IMG/VR virus record: IMGVR_UViG_3300045988_010396
Coordinates: 37,395 to 101,394 of that record
Reading direction: 5' to 3' (one strand)
From: a virus
Length of the DNA stretch: 64,000 nt
The position numbers and the translations under genes were made by a program. The notes beneath the pieces were generated by a model that was not told where the DNA came from, ran no database searches, and was given only the letters and a program-made list of their open reading frames with translations. This document shows, in pieces, positions 57,901 through 64,000 of the stretch. Each line of letters starts with the position of its first letter. Positions within the stretch are counted from its first letter, which is position 1.

Positions 57901-58582
57901 GACTTCCACCAATTAATCTATCAAAACCTGTTAAGGCAGCAAGACCTCCAGTGATATTACCAACAAATGATATAGTACCACCAACTATATTAGCACCCAT
58001 ACCAGCCAGACCCTTCCATAGCTTATCTATTAGTGGTTGATTCTCAGATACTTCATCCTGTACTCTAGCAGCCATCTTCTTAGCTGCTGCCTCTGGGCCA
58101 AAAGCTTCTGACTCAGTTTGATAAGTGGACATAAGTTCTATCTTCTTATTACCATCCAGAGGAAAGTACTCAGTACCTTTGAATCTCTTATAGTATGGAG
58201 AAACCTCATCTAACATCTTGTCAAAGTCCCCCCACTGTCTTCTAGTACTTCCTATAAGATTACCATTATTAGCAACACCAGTATTGTACTCCTCCTCATG
58301 GGCCTGCTTAGTATTCTGATATACTTGCAGGTTCTCTATGTCATCATCTGGGGAAGAGAGGTATATACTATCTCTCTTCTCAGGTGACATACCTTTCAGA
58401 ATGTTATAGTCTTCTCTATTCCCAAACTTATTCTTAAAGGAGCTGTTTCTAAAGTATCTATCCTTTCTGTTATCATCCCAGTTAGTGTACCCTAGCTTAT
58501 TAAGTTCCTCTATATTATCTTTCTCCCACTGTGCCCTATCTTGAGCTGTGAGACCTTTAACATTAAATACAAAGTCTGACAT
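51935..58582 (-). CDS. Giant protein 3 (2215 aa), likely a virion, tail or internal protein
   Basis: 6.6-kb ORF with long coiled-coil-like, Glu/Lys/Ala-rich stretches. Convergent with the plus-strand block. Confidence 0.5.
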   Translation of the reverse strand: MSDFVFNVKGLTAQDRAQWEKDNIEELNKLGYTNWDDNRKDRYFRNSSFKNKFGNREDYNILKGMSPEKRDSIYLSSPDDDIENLQVYQNTKQAHEEEYNTGVANNGNLIGSTRRQWGDFDKMLDEVSPYYKRFKGTEYFPLDGNKKIELMSTYQTESEAFGPEAAAKKMAARVQDEVSENQPLIDKLWKGLAGMGANIVGGTISFVGNITGGLAALTGFDRLIGGSQKEGYLDNLWSQFLDNSWTRYGDQVMKQGVLFTENDPEKAYNRLEVIRTTEEQENLWDNIFSVNTIPELMQQSGFTVASMLEGCGLSAIGNRVFNTMKYATMGSKLAATAETASNVNKALQNISAWQRRYNAYVIPALVGQGEGALNALNTKQDYLEDAKKMIGEEQAKRMEEEVQKRMQEWWKTAPLTKDTKDGTSYSRDYKAAEQRIRQEVWDEFQPMYEDALKRAEENADKAALTNFTINSFINGAANMTLKASMFNGKTREALSRSKVGKLFAGNRYSLDDAGNVVARELTKKQMAWNMAKEMIGEGLEEYSQDVSDAFSRGAAENDLANYIAQRYDGVADDAIVDSMSDNLGAAFAAVGRKAISKDAIQSGIYGALGQAMGTPNVNAWLSKGDRASLEGKSTLGKAGAIARNLWRNPFIESYYNDKQENQDRRESAKALNEWLAQGNNRERLTSLRGSLGWARSMQQASDEGDEFSYRNSRLGKQVQDYFMLEQLKGTPLYDAYIQRYTDILNAQEGDKMAQQIAQYDDRPLEDIKKDAQSMLDVMQKVQEATADLEKSLGNSIPQETKEALIYGKLSMGDWRERATQLENELLSSYGGGVATTLTDEQKKYIARYGSISEPTAFDKDIETYQTKISNLEKNKSILSDKQKSELSTLNKQLKVLQDSKKKAMAAYKKLSKGLEEGATPVLSESDIMSLSPVDRYRMLNPENRGKYSQEQQDVIARLVEKGTAATSDFMNKVEDAARINDAQMTFLGQYNAALKNPNILSNIENRLRLIKRLEGAEKSYKKLNEIQDYSAFAEAVDNALYEADDYEAAVLDQTLKDNPLYQRYKKDDEVAEGIYNQLIKNEAFNDISEQDKDLVAAMTKFLSRRGIDISNYDDAVAALTSADDSGKSNLVTWIEAFNQKLKDNMKISLENIGAVVNSYKRALESYKKNEEVKEEITKEAEEKPVAADKPAPLTGIFASNDATSNLEESGRQIAAAKEAEKAPETVTTPTQPSETGGEGVTVLSDDFINNNDGEVLTAAEQAINVVRNASAIYDEDAKQAAISAINKLGSKHYNSTEELQEAIAKEAVRLLGSATQGGDINERSGSLLQQASHTIKVGKKEAEKTTSPTEVPQQKPTISLARINSNLSSFLSRKFREWRVDEYLRSGKLSRKSGNRSVVFYAALDDVTTGVKESMKNGSTAYTDEQHLPVLAIVEDGDGPIVIGNKRYQPIGVLPRTELDSRAGQIRQLAIEQPNKIISAGNKKVTSSVIVASPPLNISTSRETDRDFASLISEDLSPEDKAIIEDATQDPIRRNAAYNKYVRKVASRLFAKKDKNGKPTLYYRLPTMKGDESVSEIPVLTKTLDETTSPRNGKSLAEVLSTGSATDIVYFNSRTRDFIRVLNSLVKNNDLTELTSDGTSFTGESKAISIIENINNKLRRHIYSTSAEYSIRPANVDGSLGLDLYLGDENLGRIVNSVTEKEVTAKNMAVILSNLLMPSGSFRQGVNWQVDKDPSYYTPNTKHYKEENVTNLIYDNILRVGIDRLERDISGVEVSSPVALREPVPANPTSVVVNADNSTSTSSQDTGTAVTQSGEKVDTDTGLTEQGTEVRNKVTTAMEKAQEVSEKIMADSRVVQLSEDGLTYVNTRTGKTYVRVTSIIQADEQAGERFDPNSPWVTPSTNIGTGVDEFVRDFFNGYITPSPVGWLSDGKSVEMVYPNASKEALSRFAEQLQKFKNYLVAQGLTVIPRDIVATGTLQVTDSNGGVHEIAVAGTLDLLAYDREGNFYIFDMKTHRAKNISEEKAAKYSRQLSLYKQFLEGKYGIKVKSLNIIPIHVEYPAPNSNNTYSVAKGNQLLLNDKEYKQANPVLGEVGQIPESPISIQYDKLSASEKALVGEITPTESKVESAEAKPEPQVKRDGELTIGKVKTKRKPIVKKPGAKPIKVESNPTGISFSSLSSEQQEALRTKYRETINIEEFFNSWTEQEKQHELDCLG

Positions 58583-59919
58583 TATAATCCCTCATTTTGT
58601 TGTTGTTCTGGAGTAGTTACATCTATTCCATATACTCCTGCACCCTTCCTTACTACTCTATAGTGGTTCCTTGTGAAGTAGTCGTGGTCTTCATATATAT
58701 CTACATCGGCTACAGATAATCCATACTCCTTCAAGTCATCTTGCAACTTCTTTCTAGCTTTAGGACTTAACTTACCAAAATCTATCAGCTCAGCATCACT
58801 TACATTGAACTTATCACTCCATCCTGGGGTATTAAAGCTACCTCCAGTATATTCTAGTGTTGTGAATGTAGATTTCTTTTCAGCAGCACTCCTAGATACT
58901 CCTCCTGCTGTAGTAGAGCTAGATGGGAATGCTACAGGCTTATAAGTACCATCAGGTGCTATTTCAACAGCTCTTCCAGCACCTATAACCTTTAGCCTAT
59001 TCCCATTAGGAAGCAATATACCCTTTGTAGCATCCTCCTTCTGTTCTTTAGCCCATTGTTGCTGCTCTTTAGCCATTTCAAGTCTATCCCTCTCCATATC
59101 TAACCTTTCTCTCTCTGCTGGGCTTATGTAGCCTCTGTTACTCATAGCATCATACTTGGCTGTACCTATACCTTCATATAAACCAGAGTTAATGAATCCT
59201 CTGGCTCTGTCCTGAATATCTTGGCTATACTTACTTAATCCTGCATCATTGAATACTGTCTCTGCTATCTGTCTTAATTCAACAGGGGCATTATCATCAT
59301 TGAGCACAGTTTGCATTATCTGAGTGGGAGTATATCCCATCTGTGTCATCTGTTGGAAGTATTGACCATTAAGTATAGATTGATACTTAGGATTACCTTG
59401 GACCACCTTAGCAAGATTACCCGCCATTTGAGCCGCTCTTTTGGTTAACTCATTGCCGCTTATAGGATTATAGGTAGCATTAGGATTGTCCAGAAGATAA
59501 TCTAATTGAGTTTTTGAGTAGTCAACATCGAACATAAGAGATGGGTCTCTTAACAGAGCCTCTCTCTGTTCTTTAGTAAGAGCTTCCCTTCTAGCTACAG
59601 CAGTCTCTATTGGAACTACTTCAGAACTATATCTTCTCTTCATATTAAGGAGTCCTTGCCTACTTGCAGGTGTAAGACCATGCTTAGCTAACATACTAGC
59701 TTGATTCTCCAAGTCTTTAGCATAGGAGTTATACATATTAGCTGTCTTACTGTCAGGTACTTCATTAGCATACATCTTCATTAAGTCAGCCTTAGCCCCT
59801 AGTTCCTCTATACCACTTTGTACAGCATTATAAGCATCTGATGCCATAGCAAGAGGCTTGAGCATCTCATCAAAGGTGTAGGGGTTGAATTTTGCACTAT
59901 TAGTCAATACTATCTTCAT
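58582..59919 (-). CDS. Hypothetical structural protein, 445 aa
   Basis: Start overlaps the giant 3 gene end (ATGA overlap). Confidence 0.45.
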   Translation of the reverse strand: MKIVLTNSAKFNPYTFDEMLKPLAMASDAYNAVQSGIEELGAKADLMKMYANEVPDSKTANMYNSYAKDLENQASMLAKHGLTPASRQGLLNMKRRYSSEVVPIETAVARREALTKEQREALLRDPSLMFDVDYSKTQLDYLLDNPNATYNPISGNELTKRAAQMAGNLAKVVQGNPKYQSILNGQYFQQMTQMGYTPTQIMQTVLNDDNAPVELRQIAETVFNDAGLSKYSQDIQDRARGFINSGLYEGIGTAKYDAMSNRGYISPAERERLDMERDRLEMAKEQQQWAKEQKEDATKGILLPNGNRLKVIGAGRAVEIAPDGTYKPVAFPSSSTTAGGVSRSAAEKKSTFTTLEYTGGSFNTPGWSDKFNVSDAELIDFGKLSPKARKKLQDDLKEYGLSVADVDIYEDHDYFTRNHYRVVRKGAGVYGIDVTTPEQQQNEGL

Positions 59920-62462
59920 ATTGTGTACCCTTTCTTTTTATTTCTCCTAATTTTACCACTCTTACTCTTCTTAGGAGCAGCGGTATTATTACCTCCAGTG
60001 TACTGACCTCTAGTATTATAAGGCAATGCCCCTATATCTGCTAACCATCTTAGGGTATCTCTATCAGTAAGCTCTCTTCCTAAATCTCCTAATCCTTGGA
60101 GGAAGTTAGTAAGATTAGCACTCTTCTCAGCTCTATTACCTTCAAGTATTCTCTGCCTCATGTCAGCTAGTTGGCCATATAGGCTAGCTTGCTTACCAAG
60201 CAACTCTGAGTTAAACATATCAACTTTAGTACCTTGTTCAGAGTTAAACATGTTAGTCTGTCTGTTGAATTCTGTAACTTTCTCCTTAAGTGCTTGATTA
60301 TACTCCTCTGCTTGTCTAGCCAGCTTACCTAAGTTCTCACCATAGTTATAGTCTGCCGCCAATATGCCAGCTAGAGCTGCTGCTCTATTACCACCAGAAG
60401 TATTCTGTACAGCTCTTCTACCAGCAGCAGTATTTCTATTCAACTGATTGATATAGAACATTCTATCCAAAGGCTTGTATGCCAAATATTCTCCTATAGG
60501 TCTAGTACCTATTGGTCTATTAGCACTACTAATAGCACTGGCAAACATATCTGCATTTGAATAGTCAGGGTCATTACCACCAAATATGTCATTCAATACA
60601 GCTGTACCTGAACCTATAAGAGGTGCATATCTTAAAGGACTCTGTCTTATTCCTTTAACCTCAGTAACATCACCTGTCAACTCTTCTGGCAGTTCTTCTG
60701 GAATAACATCATAATATATGTCCTTATCTCCTCTATCAGAAGTTACAGTGTTGCCCTCTTTAAGATTAGGATTTCTCATTAGATATGTTCTACCTGCTGG
60801 AGCTGAGTTCCACTCCGCATCAGTTATCTGTTGAGTTCTCCATTCCCCATCTGCACCTTTTTCTCTTATCCATCTCTTAGTATAAGGAGTGTAGGGGTCT
60901 TCTTTAGGATTCTCTACAGTATATTGTTTAGCTGCTGCTGCAAAGGCATTATGTACTGGACCTTTCTTATAATCATGGGATAACCTTATAATGTCCTGTG
61001 GAGCAAATGTATTACCACCAATAGGCCCGAACTCCCCACTATTTATCCTCTTTAACCAAGTTTGACCTCTTGGAGTATCCTGGTTAGTATTATACCAGTT
61101 CCAGAAGTTCATATATTCTGGAGTATAGAATGAGTCATCAGTAAGAGGTACAAAGTTGGAATAGGGGTTTAACCTATTGGACTTATTTCCTGTACCATCA
61201 AACAGATTACCCAACCTTCCACCTTTAGCATACCTATTCATTTGCCTACCCTTGTTCTTAATTCTTACCTCTTCCTGACCATTAGCCAAAGCACTCATAA
61301 AAGCCTGTAATCCTCTTTTACTTATGGGGTCATTAGGTCTTTCCTCACTCTCTCTACTTAGTTCTTTAGCTGCATCAGCAAAGGTCTCACCCTTAATATT
61401 ATACTTCTCTTTGAGCTTCTTGGGTAACTTCATTCTATCACTGAATACATAGTCATTGAAGATTACCTCTCCTTCCTCTACCAGATTAGGTACTCCTTGT
61501 GGGTCAATACCCATCTGTACTCCCTCAAATGGATTAGCCTCATGTGAGCCACCATTATCTATATATGTAAGACCATTAGTAAAGTCTCCGCCTTGAGTAT
61601 GTAATTCACCGCCATCTGCATGTTTCCACTTAGCAGCATTTAATGCAAAGGTAGCCATTTTCTTTTGTGCAGGAGTACCATGCTCCTTGTACCATGTTGA
61701 TGACTTTCCTGTTCTTTCTTTAAGTGCAGTAAACTTGCCTCTATTCTCTGGTTTAATGAATATTCCTCCATCTCCAAATGTATTACCAAAAGGAGACATT
61801 ACTCCAGTATATCTCATAGTTATTGGGCCACCATCATTAAAGAAGTTACTTTCTATGTTAAGGTCATTCTGTGTATCTACATCAGAGGCTCTATTTTCAA
61901 AAGACAATAAAGCTCTTTCATTAGCATCAGAAGCCTGCTGATTTAATCTTCTGGCTCTTCTCTTAGCCTTTTTATTACCAGTTATCCAACCAGCTATACC
62001 ACTACCTAAGCCTATAACAGCACCAGCAATAGCTCCTATAGGACCACCAACAGTAGCTCCTGCCATGACTCCCTGGGTAGCTCCTCCTATGGTATTCATA
62101 GCTCTATTGGCATTACTCCCACCTCTAATATCTTTCCAACTATAGTTATCCTTTAGCATGGATAGATTAGACCATTCATTAAGTAAGCTGGCATTATCTG
62201 ATGCCCCTACTACCATATTGTTCTGTGCCTTAATCTGGTCTTGAATACTAGAAGTGTCTGCTATCTGGGCATTGTTCATCCCAGCTTGGACAATAGAAGT
62301 TACCCCACTACCTATACTACCAATAGTGCCTCCTAGCTTTGAGCTATCAAAGGCATCATTAGCTACAGCACCTGACTTCTGTATCATATTCATAGATTCT
62401 CCTTCCCCACCAAACCTATTATAAGGAAGTCCTATCTTATTTTTAACTTTTCTCTTAGCCAT
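59916..62462 (-). CDS. Hypothetical Gly-rich structural protein, 848 aa
   Basis: Gly-rich N-terminal region (GGTIGSIGSGV...GATVGGPIGAIAGAVIGLGSGIAG); 4-nt overlap with the downstream gene. Confidence 0.45.
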   Translation of the reverse strand: MAKRKVKNKIGLPYNRFGGEGESMNMIQKSGAVANDAFDSSKLGGTIGSIGSGVTSIVQAGMNNAQIADTSSIQDQIKAQNNMVVGASDNASLLNEWSNLSMLKDNYSWKDIRGGSNANRAMNTIGGATQGVMAGATVGGPIGAIAGAVIGLGSGIAGWITGNKKAKRRARRLNQQASDANERALLSFENRASDVDTQNDLNIESNFFNDGGPITMRYTGVMSPFGNTFGDGGIFIKPENRGKFTALKERTGKSSTWYKEHGTPAQKKMATFALNAAKWKHADGGELHTQGGDFTNGLTYIDNGGSHEANPFEGVQMGIDPQGVPNLVEEGEVIFNDYVFSDRMKLPKKLKEKYNIKGETFADAAKELSRESEERPNDPISKRGLQAFMSALANGQEEVRIKNKGRQMNRYAKGGRLGNLFDGTGNKSNRLNPYSNFVPLTDDSFYTPEYMNFWNWYNTNQDTPRGQTWLKRINSGEFGPIGGNTFAPQDIIRLSHDYKKGPVHNAFAAAAKQYTVENPKEDPYTPYTKRWIREKGADGEWRTQQITDAEWNSAPAGRTYLMRNPNLKEGNTVTSDRGDKDIYYDVIPEELPEELTGDVTEVKGIRQSPLRYAPLIGSGTAVLNDIFGGNDPDYSNADMFASAISSANRPIGTRPIGEYLAYKPLDRMFYINQLNRNTAAGRRAVQNTSGGNRAAALAGILAADYNYGENLGKLARQAEEYNQALKEKVTEFNRQTNMFNSEQGTKVDMFNSELLGKQASLYGQLADMRQRILEGNRAEKSANLTNFLQGLGDLGRELTDRDTLRWLADIGALPYNTRGQYTGGNNTAAPKKSKSGKIRRNKKKGYTI

Positions 62463-62526
62463 AGTATAAACTCTATATTTATTGCAAAGGTAGCTAATCT
62501 ACTTAATATAAACAAGCTTATAATTA

Positions 62527-62569
62527 AAAAAGAAAGGTCAGCCTAATTGAATTAGTTAGACTGACCTTA
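62527..62569 (-). terminator. Rho-independent terminator after the 390-aa gene (coordinates ±1)
   Basis: Nested hairpin AAGGTCAGCCTAATTGAATTAGTTAGACTGACCTT followed on the minus strand by a T-run. Confidence 0.5.
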
Positions 62570-62573
62570 TATA

Positions 62574-63746
62574 TTAGACAAAGTAGTGTACTATCATGTC
62601 GTGGAATTCCATTCTATCAGTATTCTCCTTGTTCATTGATAGCTTGACATAGGCCCAGGTGTTCCTTATTCTATCCATCTTGTTGGCTTTGATACCATTC
62701 CAGTCTTTATTAGCTCTAGGAACATTAGCTCTCCATATTCTGAACTTCTTCTTCAATGGTGATGGCTTAGCTGCCAGACTGGTCAAGCTGGATACCCCCT
62801 TCTGATATTCATTCCATACCTCAAGAGTATCAAAAGTATGACCACTTGCAAGTACTTCATTTCCTGAGGTATTCTTAGTCCAACAGTCAGCTCTGAACTC
62901 TATAGTATTGAATATCTTATCATAAGGCTCATCAGAATTAGATACAAAGGTTACACTATATGGATGGTAATGACCAAAGAACATATTGTAGTCTCCTGCA
63001 AACTGTTCCCATATATTATTATCTTTTATAGCATAGAAATCATTGTTAATATTGAACATTGCAGGTACTTGACCATAACTCATAAATGATGTAAACTGGC
63101 CCAGCAACTCTGAATAAACCAATGCTGTATCTTTATTTACAAAGTATACATCATTATTATTCTTATCATAGAAGGTAACAAAGTTATTGAAACCTACAGG
63201 ATTCCATATATCAAGGCTATTATTTTCACCTAACCATTGTCTGAATCCTAATCCATCAGAAAGAGATTCTATTTTACTATTAAACAGATATATACTATTG
63301 GTTATATTATCTATAAAATATAATCCAGAAGGAGTTTCTGTTATAGACCATTTGTTGTTACATCCTATACTATTGCTTATATACCTCTTACCACTTACTT
63401 TGAGTCCATTTGATATTTCAATAGGGACACCATCAGAAGTAGGAATCTGTACTCTGGAATTAAACAATATATTACTTAGCCCCTGTTTCTGAAAACAGTA
63501 TATCTCATTATTAAATGTATTTAATGATACTACTTCTCCCTTATCACCATCTAAATCAAGAGTTGAGGCCATAGTAATATTAGTCCAAGTATCTACTAAA
63601 GATGCTGCCTGTTTCTCTTTAGTCCAAGTTATAGTATTAGGAAAACTATTCAAGCTAAACTTATTATAGTCAAGTGCTTTGGCTGTAAAGAAGTTATTAC
63701 TCTGATTATATACAGGATTAAATTTATTGAAGTTTGACCTGTTCAT
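62574..63746 (-). CDS. Hypothetical structural or tail protein, 390 aa
   Basis: ORF. The same frame appears open up to an ATG near 63884, so the true start may be further upstream. Confidence 0.45.
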   Translation of the reverse strand: MNRSNFNKFNPVYNQSNNFFTAKALDYNKFSLNSFPNTITWTKEKQAASLVDTWTNITMASTLDLDGDKGEVVSLNTFNNEIYCFQKQGLSNILFNSRVQIPTSDGVPIEISNGLKVSGKRYISNSIGCNNKWSITETPSGLYFIDNITNSIYLFNSKIESLSDGLGFRQWLGENNSLDIWNPVGFNNFVTFYDKNNNDVYFVNKDTALVYSELLGQFTSFMSYGQVPAMFNINNDFYAIKDNNIWEQFAGDYNMFFGHYHPYSVTFVSNSDEPYDKIFNTIEFRADCWTKNTSGNEVLASGHTFDTLEVWNEYQKGVSSLTSLAAKPSPLKKKFRIWRANVPRANKDWNGIKANKMDRIRNTWAYVKLSMNKENTDRMEFHDMIVHYFV

Positions 63747-64000
63747 AGCCAGATTACTTGTCTGGCCTCTGTTTCTATCATACCTGCCATCAATGTTTAT
63801 TCTTGTTTCACAATAGAATGAAGGTATTTCAACTATACTATTCTTGTCTTCAAGGGTATAAGGATAAGTTTTGAGACAGTCATATCTCTGATAATAAGTA
63901 TCTCCTTCAGTATAATATACATTTATAGGCTCTGCAACTGGTATTGGAGTATCTCCATTATATCCTGTAATTAATGATATTGGTTTTCCTGCTGGTATCC

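Noticed and set aside
62574-63884. Extending the 390-aa minus-strand ORF to an upstream ATG near 63884
   Set aside because: The frame looked open by manual translation. Line-level coordinates in that region were uncertain by ±1 and the ORF track reports 63746 as the start. Left as a note rather than a separate call.
1-64000. CRISPR arrays, integrase or attachment sites, IS elements
   Set aside because: No regularly spaced direct repeats, no tyrosine or serine recombinase motifs and no transposase-like ORFs were seen.

Overview
This window reads as a double-stranded DNA phage genome segment of about 37% GC. Promoter-like 'TAnnTTTG' motifs and an anaerobic nucleotide-metabolism set (nrdD/nrdG, thyX, dut, ung) suggest a Bacteroidetes or anaerobe host; the giant proteins might point to a crAss-like phage. 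Positions 1-41150 on the plus strand form a replication and nucleotide-metabolism module: family A DNA polymerase, SF2 helicase, DnaB-like helicase, Toprim primase, nrdD with nrdG, thyX, dUTPase, UDG, and split Pnk-kinase and HAD-phosphatase genes. Several HNH and GIY-YIG homing endonucleases sit among them, two apparently inside introns. Positions 41290-51881 carry two giant plus-strand ORFs of 2159 and 1372 aa, followed by a bidirectional terminator. Positions 51935-64000 carry minus-strand genes including a 2215-aa giant ORF and putative virion or tail proteins. The RNA gene content is unusual. There is a phage-borne tmRNA (ssrA-like, tag ending ...VALAA) and a tRNA-Lys(UUU) with a 12-nt D-loop insertion. 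Three tandem tRNA genes (Glu-UUC, Pro-UGG, Thr-GGU) are each interrupted by a conserved structured intervening element of about 56-66 nt, inserted at a different position in each tRNA. Decayed free-standing copies of this element lie nearby. The tRNA array lies immediately 3' of a Ro60/TROVE-vWA (rsr-like) gene, which is broken by an in-frame TGA and by a frameshift at a (TA)7 tract. Other notable items are a JAB/MPN plus E1(ThiF)-like four-gene operon, an SPFH lipoprotein, a HicA-like toxin, a retropepsin-like aspartic protease and a tandemly duplicated small-gene cassette at the 5' end. All calls are from reading the sequence and motif recall only; no searches were run.
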